A stretch of DNA of 52,392 bases, filler included, from Jimgerdemannia flammicorona (Eukaryota), in the NCBI GenBank assembly GCA_003990765.1. It is 2 parts of 2 records of this genome, joined end to end, with 100 filler letters (N's around TTAATTAATTAA, not from the genome) between each part and the next. Parts side by side here need not be neighbours in the genome. Positions count along the whole stretch, not along the records: positions 26,251 to 52,392 come from RBNJ01000757.1; 1 more part is not named here. One strand, 5' to 3'. The notes under the pieces were generated by a model. The model was not told where the DNA came from. It ran no database searches and saw only the letters and a program-made list of their open reading frames with translations. Position numbers and translations under genes: made by a program. Numbering within the stretch: the first letter of the stretch is position 1; the number at the start of each line of letters is the position of its first letter. Shown here one piece after another: positions 34,446 through 46,898 of the stretch.

Positions 34446-35786
34446 TGAGTGGGCTTAGCCATGTCGCGACAGTCTGCTTACCAAGAGCCGAAGAATTGGC
34501 AATGGCGACCCTACGTGGGTCAGAAGTCACTCCCACAACGGTATAAGTAACTGAAACAAGGCGTTTCGCACTTGAGGAAAAAAAAAAAAAAAAAAAAAAA
34601 AACGCCAGACTCAAACAATTGGCACGATGTCATTACATAAGAGGTTTCAACGCATCGATCACGCTTGGTCCCACGCTTGGTCGCACACCGTCCACAAATG
34701 AGAGGTCATTGGTTTTGGGGAAAATGCCCGTTGGCTACGTGGTTCGTTTCTCGATTTTGTTTTATGAGTCGACTTCCAGAAGGAAGCGAAAGCGCCTCAT
34801 GCTCCTTGTTTTCTTGGGAATCCCAAAAGGGCGGCAAACAAAGAGAAAGTATGTGCCACCACGGATTTGTTCATAAAAAGCACTGGTCGAGGATGTTGAA
34901 GGTGCACGTGTAATGAGAAGATTTTCCTTGCAACACAATCGAAATAGCCATAAACAAAACCCATGTCATCACATATATCTATTATAAAATAGGTTTGTTT
35001 ATGTAATTGTGTTGCATAGACCGTTGGGGTTCATATTTTCTCACGCGTTAATTTTTTTTTTTTTTTTGGGGGGGAGTGACGTCACGCGTACGGACAGTCA
35101 CGCATTAGAGATTCAGGAGATATGCATTTGCACATAGGCATTGCGGAGTTGCGTTCACTACTCCAATGAGACATAACCAATTAACTTTAGTTTGCGCAGT
35201 AGTTTTCGAGAATTTTTTATTGTCCTTCGTTTCCTAACTCAAAATTTGCTTGATCATAGAATCCTAGCGGCATCATCGTAGGGCCGTTGTCGATGGTCAC
35301 AAAGGACCGACTTGGGATTTAGGTGACCCGACCAGTGGACTTCAGAATAGCTGGCACCCCCGTTCATAAAATCATTGTAACATTCTAAACGGATGTCGTC
35401 AAATAATTAAAAAGGTTTACTGCGGAAATGGACCGCATTTCACGTCTCGGATCGCGCAGCGTTTGGTCACCCCCTTTATATCTTCGGACTCGAGATTTTT
35501 TGGTTCGATAGCTTGTGGTAATCCAATCCCCGTATAAAGTCATACGTCATAAGGATTTCACGTCTCGAACCAACTATATAAGCTCTACCCAGCATCGTCT
35601 TGTCGTTTCGGCCAATCCATCGTGGGGATCAACAAGCAGAACACCAGAGCTAGCCACGCGATAAACCAATTTTGAATTAAGGGATATATTGCCGACAAAG
35701 GGATATATAAAATGTACAGTCGTGCTTTTCAACTAGAAAATATACAGAAAATGCAAATACAAAACGAACTCCATTTCTACGTTTAC

Positions 35787-38700
35787 TTAGCAGGTGAGAC
35801 TCTTTACTTTCCGTCCCTTTTCGCCAATGCCAATACCTATAGAGGAACATATAAAATATATACACGTGATTGTCAGCTAGGACACTGAAAAAATGAATGC
35901 AAATAATAAAAAGAATGCGCTTCATTTCGACATACATTGTAGATTTAATTTGTGCAAGCCCTTAATTTTCAATGCTTCGGCTAGTGCCCTGGTTCCATTC
36001 TCGCCAATATCATTCTCTATATAAGAATACATAAATTGTATATGCTCCATTGTCAGTTAGAATGCAAAGTAAATGAATACAAAAATATAGTGCGCTTCAT
36101 TCCTACATACTTTGTAGATTCAGGTTTTGCAGGCCCGTGTTAATTTTCAGTGCTTCAGCTAGTGCGCTGGCTCCCATCTCGTTAATATCATTGCCTACAG
36201 GGAGACACATAAATTTATGCGCGTGCACCATAAACAGATCGATGCAAAAATATAATGTGTTTCGTTCCTACATACTTTGCAGATTCACAGTTTGCAGGCT
36301 CGCGTTAATTTTCAGTGCTTCGGCTAGTGCGCTGGCTCCAATCTCGCCAATACCATTGTCTACAGAGAAACACAAAAAATGTGTGTGCGCCATAGTGAAT
36401 AAAAAATTCATCAAAAGAGTGCTAAAATATAACATGCTTCATTCCTACATACTTTGTAGATTCAGGTTTAGCAGGCTCGTGTTCATTTTCAGTGCTTCGG
36501 CCAGTGCGCTGGCTCCCTTCTCGCCAATAGCATTCTCTATATAGCAATACATAAAATGTATACGCTTCATTGTCAGCAAGAACACAGACTGAATGAATAC
36601 AAAAATAAAAAGTTTCATTCCTACATACTTTGTAGATTCAGGTTTTGGAGGCTTGCGTTCATTTTCAATGCTTCAGCTAGTGCGCTGGCTCCCTTTTCGC
36701 CAATATCGTTGTCTACAAAGAAACACGTACAATATGCGCATTGATGACAGCTAAAACAAATGCAAAACGATAATGCGCTTTATTCCTACTAACCCCAGAG
36801 ATTCAGGTCTTTTAGGTTCGCGTTTATTTTCATTGCTTCGGCTAGTGCGTTGGCTCCCTTATCGATAATACGATTGTCTACAGAGGAACACATAAATAGT
36901 ATACGCGTGGTTATTATCCCGCTAAGCGAGTGAAAACAGAAATATGATGCATTTGAATCCTACATACTCCGTAAATTCAGGTTTTGCAGGCTCGTGTTAA
37001 TTTTCAGTGCTTCGGCCAGTGAGCGGGTTCCCTTCTTGCCAATACCATTCTCTACAGAGAAACACATAAAATGTATGTAAGCGATTGCCAGCTAGAACAC
37101 CAAACAGGTGAATACAAAAATACAGCTCGCTTCATTCATTCATACATACTGTCAATATTCAGGGTTTGCAGTCTCGTGTTTATTTTCAATGCTTCGGCGA
37201 GTGCGCGGGCTCCATTCACACCAATACTATTGTCTACAGAGGAACACATAAAGTTTATGGACATGGTTTTCAGCCAAAAACACTAAAGGTGAATGCAAAA
37301 ATGTAATGCGCTTCAATCCTACCAAATAGATTCAGGTTTTGCAGGCTCGTATTAATTTTCAGTGCTTCGGCTAGTGCGTTGGCTCCCTTCTCGTCAATGC
37401 TATTGTCTACAGAGTAATACATTACACGTGGTTGTCAGTCATAACGTTAAAATGAAGAATGCAAAAGAATAGTGCGTTTCATTCCTATGTACAGTATAGA
37501 TTCAGATTTTGCAGATTCGTGTTGATTTTCAGTGCTTCGGATAATGCGATGGCTCCGATTTTGCCAATTTTATTGTCTACACAAAATTTATGGGCAGAAT
37601 TTTCAGTCAGAACTAAAGACAGGAATGCAAAAATATAATGCAGTTTGTTCCTACGTACAGTATAGATTCAGGCTTTGCAGGCTCTTGTTTATTTTCAGTG
37701 CTTCGGCTAGTGCGCTGGCTCCCTTCTCGCCAATACCATTGTCTAAAGAGGAATACATAAAATGTATGTGGGTGATTGTCAGACAGCATACGAAACGTGT
37801 GAATGCAAATAAATAGCGCGGTTCATTCCTACATACAGTACAAACTCAAGTTTTGCAGGCTCGTGTTCATTTTCAGTGCTTCGGCTAGTGCGCTGGCTCC
37901 CTTCTCTTCAATGCCATTATCTGCAGAGGAACACATTAAATTGATACAGGTAGTTGTCCGACAAAAACACTAAACAGACGAATGCAGAAATAAAATGCTC
38001 TTCATTCCTACATACTTTCCAGACACAAGTTTTGCAGGCTCGTGTTTGTTTTCAGTGCTTCTGCTAGTGCGCTTGCTCCTTTCTCGCCGATACCATTGTC
38101 TACAGAAAATGGTATACACATAGTTGTCAGAACACTAAACAGATAAATACAAAATATAATGCCATTTATTCCTACATACTGTGTATATTCAGGTTTTGCA
38201 GGCTCGGGTTAATTTTCAGTGCTTCGGCCAGTGCGCTGGCTCCATTCTCGCCAATCCTATTGTCTACAAAGAAACATATAAAATGTATGCGCGTGATTTT
38301 CAGCTAGATCAACAAACATAAAATATAACAATATAATGCACTTCATTCCCACGCACTGCTTAGATTCAAGTTTTTCAGGCTCATGTTCATTTTCAGTGCT
38401 TCGGCTAGTGCATTGGCTCCCTTCTCGCCAATACCATTATCTACAGAAAAAAATAAAATAAAATAAGAAACACAAATGCATGGGCGTGGTTGACAGCTAG
38501 AAAACTAGCTGGATCAAGAAAAGAATGTAATGCGTTTCATTCCTACATACTGTATTGATTCAGACTTTGCAGACTCATGTTCATTCGCAGTGCTTCGGCT
38601 AGTACGCAGGCCTCTGTATCGCCAATATTACTGCCTATAAAGATATATAAAAATAATATACATAGTTAATAGTTAGGAGTAAAAAATATATTGTAGTTTG

Positions 38701-40994
38701 ATTTCATATATTTCGTGGTGCCATGTTTATCAGTAACAGTGAGCCTTTTTTTGTTGTTGTTGTTGTTGTTACTGATGTTGTTCCCACAAATAAAAATTTC
38801 AAATGTGATATGCGAAAATGCTACAGTTGTTATGCTATACCTGTAAGATCAAACTCTCTAAGTTGTAGACACTTCTGAAGAATGTTTTTAATCCTAGAGA
38901 CAGGTAAAAGTTAGTAAGTATTATGGTAGAGATATCAAACAAGAGTATTAAATTTATTGTGATCGCACTGTATGTTCTTAATCTGCTTTAGCCTAGATAT
39001 ACAATAGTAATGCATGTTAGTATTTATTAAAAAAAATTCATCAAAACCAATATTAACATAATTATAACTTACACGAGAATTTCAATGGTGGGCGCAGCAT
39101 TAATGAGAGTTTCTATGTCTTCTGAATGAGCATTTTCGCATGCTACAAAGCTATAGTTTGATAACTCATTAGTCAATTGGACAAGAAAAAAAATAAAAAA
39201 ATAAAAAATGTTTACCTGAGTTTCCGCAGAGGGACACTAGATAGCTCGCGTGCCACAGAATTTTGAAATGTATGCAACGATCCCCTTGACAATCTCTCAA
39301 TCCTGGTATTAAATAAACAGTCATTAGTATAAATCTACATATATATGAATGACACATGTCGAATCTTTAAGACCGGTAAAGAATACAAACGTCAGCTCCC
39401 AAATATCGTCGTCAAACCTAACGGTGCCATCTATGGAACTATCTCTGATGGCTACCTGAATGTTCTGAACAGCGATTGTCGTCGTCCCCCATTCTGACGC
39501 GTGATTTTTGCATACCCATCGCACTGTTATGCTACCATTTTCCCCGCGACGGAGTACGCGCTGAAGATTTCCTAGTCGGTTGGCGTTATCCAAACCCTGA
39601 AGATAAGCTATAAACCAAAATTCAAAATAATAATAATAATAATAATAAGTATATAGAAATCAGCGCATGCGCACCAGAAAGAGAAAATAAATTTGTCATT
39701 GCACTTTGAAGTTCTCGTAGATCAGGTCTTTCCATCATTCCCGACGTTTTTCCTTGCGTTTGAGCCAACGACCGAGGATCAGTCGTACATTTCGTGGTCT
39801 GCTTATCTATAGCCACGAGGTTGTCTTCAACTGTCTTAAAAAACTTCTCAGTCTGCGTGCAGAATTCAAGTTCGGGTTCCGTAAAGATTGACGGTTCCAT
39901 TGCTCTGCGTACTTCTGAAGCAGTGTCACCGACAGCCCCTAGGACCTCTGCCGCCGCATTCCCGAATCCAGGGATGCATTTCATTAAGCGCCCACCCAAG
40001 CGTACAGCCAGCAATAGACAAGGCAAAATCTATCGCACGAGATATGTTAGATGGCGTGCAAAGAGAATTCGGATGCTCAAGCTCAAACCAACGACATACC
40101 GTCCGTATATATGGTCCATATTTAGCTACAAACTGAAAACCATGAAGTAGTTATGTGTTCAACAGAAAAGTAAGCATCCATACGATAATGAAGCGAAAGT
40201 CATATTGAATATAAATATACTATACCTCGCGTGGTCGGGCGACAGGGTAGCCATCATGGTACGCCAGATGAAAGTGTTTCCTTGTGACGCCGTTTTCGAT
40301 GGTCTCGTGCTCGCAAAGGAAGTATAGACGAAACGTTTTGTTGAAGAGGCTGTCATATGATGCCTCCCACCAATGACCATCCTCGGGAAAGATGAAGAAG
40401 AGTCGCGGGACTGTATCCTCATGGAGATCAAGCATAAGCTTTGGCAAACCGTCAACCTTGCCGTGGAGTTCTTCGAGGTTGCTGAGGATGTCTCTCGTGT
40501 CGATTTTAATGTCTCCCGTGTCGTTTTTTATGTCTCCTGTGTCGTTCTTAATGTCTCCCGTATAATTCTTTATCACTTCTGTGTCACGCTTTATGTCCCG
40601 TACGATCTATATACATGAGAGAGAAAAAAATGTAACGTACTAGCTATTACATAAACATTATATCTGGACAATCCGGAACACAAAATATCGATTGCTACTA
40701 ACCGACGCCAAGCCAGAAGACAGAGCTGGGAGAAGAAAGAATATAAAATAATGAGCAAAAAGGCTTGTTAGCTTTAGTGAATTTTCTGAAATCTCATCTC
40801 TTTGAATGACTGCACAGTAAATCGCATATTCCACCTACGTTGGAGCTGATCCTTTAGAATTTTAAGTATGGATTCGGTCACCATTTGCATCAGTTTATCA
40901 ATTTCATTTTGGCCGATAGCTATTAGATGTAATTATATAAATGTCAATTATGTTACAATTTTAAGATGACAGGTGTATTTGAAACATTGGTTAT

Positions 40995-41025
<31 letters not shown>

Positions 41026-41467
41026 AATACCTCCTGGAAATGCATGCTGAACGATGCCTGGTTGTAGGACAGATATAATTAAAATGCTCAAGTTTCAGTC
41101 AGCAAAGATACTGAAGGTTCAAATATTTAAATCTGTTGGCAGATTTATTAACTCGAAATTGAATCCTTGAATAACCTTCGAAACCATAGTCTATAATAAT
41201 ATGTATTTGACAGTAGTTACCTTGTAATCTCGCAATCTCACCCATGATTTTGGCCACAGGGCCACCTGGTAAATTATACGGAGGTCCCAATAGATCTTCT
41301 TTGGTAAGCTGAACGAGAGCTTTCCAATCCACTTCCTGTTCACGTAAGATTTTTGCATATTTGGGTTTCAATTTGAGAGCGGGATGCCGAAAGTGTTCAG
41401 AGACTCTGTTTTCATCCCAGGTCTTGATTTCGTCAAGCGAAGGAGTTGGAGGTTCGGAGGCAGACAT
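35787..41467 (-). CDS. Multi-exon protein: SAM-like N-terminus, heptad coiled coil, PRLF/FRLYFLCE/WVCxxH domain, 16 RNI/NLRC3-type LRRs
   Basis: Exon 1 (about 41467-41221; alternative ATG at 41563) reads IKTWDENRV...ILREQEVDWKALVQLTKEDLL...LPGGP, which is SAM-like. Further exons give LHEDTVPRLFFIFP, FRLYFLCEH, FVAKYGPY and LGNLQRV...VRWVCKNH. Introns are GT-AG. Stop TAA at 35787-35789. The small middle exons are uncertain. Confidence 0.85.
35935..38634 (-). repeat. Tandem array of 16 exon+intron units (~175 bp), each exon (mostly 84 bp) encoding one 28-aa LRR
   Basis: Exon consensus NxIGEKGASALAEALKxNTSLQNLNLxS. The introns are mutually homologous (GTATGTAGGAATGAA...TATGT(G/A)TT..TCTGTAG). 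Confidence 0.93.
40490..40602 (-). repeat. Coding 21-bp tandem repeat (DIKNDTG heptads, about 5 copies)
   Basis: DIKRDTE VIKNYTG DIKNDTG DIKNDTG DIKIDTR DIL, in the frame of ORF 40220-40576. Confidence 0.85.
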
Positions 41468-42839
41468 AATGACAGAGGTAGAGGTGTACACTGAATTTTT
41501 TTTTCTGGTAACCGAAAGATTGTCTGAAGTTGTGAAAGTAATCTTCGCGAGGTCTTTATCCATGTAAAACAACCTCCGAACTCCGTAATGGGATAGTTAC
41601 ATGCAAGGTTGACAGGACACACTGTGCCACTGTACCACAGCTAGTGAACAAATCATTGTCATGCATATGCATGGTTGCCATTCATGCATCGTTCTTCGTA
41701 ACCGATATATGGATACCATCTTTACAGGGTCTCGACGGTTCAGGACAATTGTTTGAAATGTGTTACTCGATTTAGTTTTTGGGGCGCAGTATTTTGAATC
41801 ACGCCAGCATGTACGTTCTCTCTCCTCAAAGGTGTGTAAATAATGCACAAGTCGGGCATCCTATGCATAGTTTGGGTGGGCAGGTTCCTCAACGTAGGTG
41901 AGGTGATGAAGGGGTAAGTTTACGTGCGGTGCTTCTGCCGAGCATTGGCGACAGTCCCACCCATTTATAAGCGAAGGGGTTGCGCCCAGTTAATGGCACC
42001 ACTGTCGAACTTGAGAGTTGCGGATGGCGCAGTAGTGGGATGCGGTTACGGATTCTATTCTTGTGTTGTCTGCATTGTTGTTTGTTCCGCTGATTGATCC
42101 GCAGCCATTCTTTTTTGTGCATCGTCAACAAACATAGCAGTCGCACTAACCTAATAACCTAGCTTTCCGCTTGGAGTGTTTACATGATAAATCCCATCTA
42201 TGTTTTTTTGCGAAAGATGAGACCAGGCTCGCCCGACGTACTGCAACACGTAATTGGCGCTTACCAAACTCCTTGAACCAGTCGATGCCGTTCTTTCTAC
42301 GATTGACGTGATAGTTGAGTTTTCGTTTGTTTGGCGAACTATCTCAGAAACTATGAACAATATGACAAAGTCAATTCCGACGACAATCCCGAGCCAATCA
42401 GCGATATGACATAATGATTCAAACCGTCGCTTGTTATGCCATGGAGAATAATAAATGTTTTCCGGCAAGGAGGTCGCCTCTGTGAAGTATCACGATTCTC
42501 AAGTTCGAAGTGTACATTCTTCATGTCCGAAACATTGCGCACCTACCAAAAGATCAGGAACAAATTGCCACAGAGTTTTAAGACCTTCTCGTGCACATGC
42601 TCGGGCGAAAAGATCAGTATGGATAAACAAGATACTGATAAAATCTATACTTGAAACTCAGATCCCATTTACAGCACTACTATAGATATTAATGAAGTTT
42701 TTTATTTTATTTTTATTTTTTTAATTTTTTCAAAAAAAATTTCTACCATAATTGAGGTCTTATATTTAATATTGCCTTATTTACTTTGGTCTATTTCCGT
42801 GAATATACTTTTAAATAAAGCATATACAATGAGCAGTAG

Positions 42840-44043
42840 CGATCGCGTTCAGACCCGGAAGCCAAGTTTGTTTCATTAAAAGGTATTTAGCTTGCATTAT
42901 AATTTTGGGCTGAGACCGGGAACGAGCCAGATGTAAATGGCGACTGGAGCAAGGAACACCAGGATATTGTCGCCTGACTTTGAGAGCGATGGACAGAAGG
43001 CTCCACTGGCTCCCGAGGTTTCTAAGGCTGTTGACAATCGTGGAAGACTTCTGGATTTTCTGTGCTCTGTTAACCCAAACACCATTTTATGTTTTTAATT
43101 TACTTAGTGCAGCAAACGCCCATTGAAGGCACGGAACCAGTTAACGGACTTGCGCGACAACTGCACGATGATTACGTTTTTTTGTTTATCCTCTGCTAAG
43201 GTTTTGTTTCAACGATTTAAATAGTACGTCCATGGTGGAGCAAGGAGGACGGTCGTACCACAGATAGCTGCGAGTTGAAGGTCGCGGGGAATAGTGATAA
43301 AGGGAGCCGGTGTGTGCGTGAATAGAGATATGTCGTGACGCTCGAGATCGCGGAGCCAGTCTTGCGTGCGGGAGGAAGGAGATGCTTCATGGTTAGGGAA
43401 TGACATCTTTGCTGACTCGCAACTCTATCATACTATCCTTTGTTGAAATTGTCTAGACCTGCCCAGAATATGCGCCGTTACGAAGCAAGTAGGGCCGGAA
43501 CCTTTTCATATGATACATTATCACATTTCCTTGGTATCCTTGTTCGGGATGTTAGTGATGAATGCCTTTGCAAAGAAAACTAAACCGATGCTCACGTCCA
43601 TCAACGAACTTTCGACATTCCTTGATCAGCCGCTCCCTGACGATACAGTGTCACTAATATACGCTAGAAGACATTGGTATCGTAATTCGGATAGGTGACA
43701 TGAGAAAACCGACACTCTCACTATCGACGTGGTGGGACAGCACTCTGGCGCAAACCGACCGGGGCCTCTTTCCACTCGTTCATGGGAGGCAATGGCGAGT
43801 TACCTGCTAGCACCTAGTAGGCGGCCCAGCTATGATCATCTGTAGGAAGGTCTGTTCAGTTAGAGGAGAGGGGAAATCAGAGGGACCCGATAGCCCAGCT
43901 CAAGGACGAAATAATTTGGGCCTAGGTAGGCTTTCTTTTCATATTTTGATCAATTTGTAATTGTGCGTATTTTGCTGTGTTCAACATTATCTTCTGTTGT
44001 TATATATTATTATACAACTGATCCCATTATGATTATAGTTGAC
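42840..44043 (+). repeat. Dispersed repeat, copy c, truncated by a Copia LTR
   Basis: Matches copy a (CTCGAGATCGCGGAGCCAG, CCCAGAATATGC, AATATACGCTAGAAGACA) up to GATTATAGTTG, where TGTTG begins. Confidence 0.8.
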
Positions 44044-44162
44044 TGTTGTAAAGAGAGAGGCATTTTTATTGAAGTTGCTTAGGTCGCGTATTTCACGCGT
44101 TACTGATGAATGACGTAAAACTGATGGAATGGCATAAGTCACGTGCTGATATATCGACAACA
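44044..44162 (-). repeat. Short (119 bp) 3' LTR of a Ty1/Copia element
   Basis: TGTTGT...ACAACA termini. The adjacent CTCCCGCTCAA (44163-44173) is the minus-strand Copia-type PPT TTGAGCGGGAG. Confidence 0.8.
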
Positions 44163-46431
44163 CTCCCGCTCAACGAGATATGTAACCAAAAAAAAGAATG
44201 CAAACTAGAGTAAAAAAGCAATGCAATGCATGCAAAAACTAGAACTGCATATAACCCAAAAACTAATATAAAATCCTATATCTAAGGAATTTTCGCAGGT
44301 CAAAAAGTGTTCCAAAATATCCGAAATATCCGAAATACCCACAAAATGCAATGTATATAATCCGCTCATAGATGAGGGATGTCAGTATATATGTATGCAA
44401 ATGTAATGCAGTAAGAAAGGCTTTTGAGGGCCTGAAAAAAAAAAAAAAAAAAAAAACTCATAATTAACTGCTAAGCTGGCATATTGCTTGCTCTTGTAAG
44501 ACTCATTTCTTTAATACATTGCTTGAACTTTGGCTTTGGAAGGGCTTTTGTAAGTGAATCAGTGATCATGTACTCTGTGGGGATATATTCCAAGTATATG
44601 GTGCTATTTTCTATGCATTTCCATACAAAATGATATTATATATTGATATGTTTCATTCTACTATAATGTACTGGATTTTTGGCCAATATAATTGTAGACT
44701 AGTTATTCTGGTGTAGCATAGTGCTTCATTTTTGAGTGAATCCAAGTTCTTTTAACAGTTTGTGGAGCCAAATAGTTTTTTTTATTACCAATAACAAAGC
44801 CTGATACTCTGCCTATATTGATAATATTATTATAGAACTCTGCTTATATATCTACTATAAGATGACTCTTTTGTTATTTTCACTAATATAGAAGAGATAT
44901 CCAATTATAGATTAGTAGTTATTTAGATCACCTGCCCAATTGGCATCACATGTACCAGATAGCTGAATACTATTTCTCTTTCCATTACTTTTACTTAATC
45001 TACTAAGAGTGAGTATATAGTATACTATATCCTTAAGATATCTGAAAATTCTTTTAATGATACTCTAATAAAATTATCATAGCAGGAAGAATACTGTACT
45101 ATCTTATTTATAGCATATAATATGTTAGGCCTTATTCCTAATATGAGATATATAAGAGAACTGATTGCTTATCAATAAGATATATCTTTAGTACTATTTT
45201 TGACTAGTATATTGTTGTTATCCTCAGAAGTAGTATCTAGCTTTCTTAATTCTATAGAAGTATTCATAGGAGTATCAATAGGCTTACATTCATTCATATT
45301 GAAATATTTAAAAATTGTTTAAGTATATATTACTTGCAAGAGGTATATAGTATATATATTTTAATTATATATAATAGATATCTCCAAAAAGAAGGATATA
45401 TCATCTATATTTATTATCTTAAATTCTTGACATAGGGCTTCTTTAACTCTATTAAGTCTGTTCTTACTAGCAATAATAATTATATCATTAACCTAAATAT
45501 CAATTAATACTATATCACTATTGTTATAGTACTGAATATATATACAATAATCTGCTTTATAATAGATAAATCTATTACTAAGAAGATATTTATAAATTCT
45601 TTTATTTCATAATTATATTGCTTATTTGATACTATATAGTCTCTTATATAGTTTGTATACAAACTTGTCTTTTTTATATCCTTGTGATTGATAGACATAT
45701 ATATAGTTTAGTATCTATATTACTATTTAGGAATACTATCTTTATATCTATTGAATAGATTTCCAAGTTATATAGTACACTGATCACAAAGAGTATTCTA
45801 AGTAAAGTAAGCTTGAATATTAGTAAAAATATCTTATTATAGTTCATACTATATCCTTGTGAGTAACTCTTAGTAATAAAATAAACTTTATATTACTCTA
45901 TACTTCTATCACTCTTATACTTAATTCTATAGACCTACTTTGATCTAATTATTTAGTAATTTGGTAGAAGAAGTATGAGATTCTATATACTATTCTCAAT
46001 AAGTGAATTATATTTCTTATTTATTATATATTTCTATTTTTTGCTATCCAGAGATTGTATGGCTTTATTATATATATTTAGCTTACTGAAAGTTATAATA
46101 TATATATTTTTTTATGCTTCAACATAGCTCATATAGTCCTGTTATTATTATCTAAGACTTGCTGATATATTTTAATAATTTTCTAAATTAGAACAAGTTT
46201 CTTGGTAAACTTAGAGTATTTTTGCATTTGTTTATCCTTTGTAAAGGATTCCTCATTGGTGGAGATTTTGTCATTATCTTCATCTTTGATTTCTATTATT
46301 CTTAGATTAGGTAACTCTGGCTTAAGTATATATAGTAGTTGAAAATAATTTTAATTGACTACTGAAGAGGTTAGCACTGATAGCTATATTTGTACTAGCT
46401 GGAATATAGAAATATCTACTGATATATCTAT
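44044..46431 (-). mobile_element. Heavily decayed Ty1/Copia element (RT, RNase H, 3' UTR, 3' LTR)
   Basis: Minus-strand translation LAKNPVHYSRMKHINI*YHF...EYIPTEYMITDSLTKAL, plus CDANWAGD at about 44930. Very AT-rich. Interrupted at 46432 by LTR C. Confidence 0.88.
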
Positions 46432-46898
46432 TGTGATAATATAGCCAGATTTGAAAGAAGAAAATAGGGAACAGACACTTGATCACACCTAGTCTCAAAG
46501 TAGTATAGCCACATAGTTAGCAGTCCTCAATTCCACCATTTGCTAAATATTTTACAAAGTGCAAGGTTGAGCTTCTTGATTTAGTATAGCATTTCACAAC
46601 TGGCGAAATATTTCACAAAGTGTTAAATGACTCATAACTTAGCTACATAACCCAGTAACCATCTCATAGCTAGCAAACTTGTATAAATAACCCAGTATCT
46701 TCAAGAGAATAAACCTCAGATCGAAATAGTTCAAAGCAAAGAGATAGCAAAGGAACTAGTAAGCCTGTGGGCAGATATACTTCAAACTCATCCATCCTCC
46801 CCTTCAACTTCAAGAGACTCTACAAGAGTCAGAACAGTCAAGTTTTTAAGATACAGAAATCTGACATACTTTCAAGAGTAAGCATCTGCTACATTATA
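46432..46898 (+). repeat. 5' LTR of Gypsy element C
   Basis: Starts TGTGATA and ends CATTATA (CA mutated to TA), followed by ACT and a PBS-like TGGTGCCCATTG at 46902-46913. No partner LTR in the window. Confidence 0.65.

Noticed and set aside
36137..37816. Plus-strand ORFs with FSASASALAP repeats
   Set aside because: Antisense shadows of the LRR exons.
35935..38634. Regularly spaced repeats resembling a CRISPR array
   Set aside because: The repeats are LRR-coding exons with GT-AG introns, and the spacers are homologous to each other.
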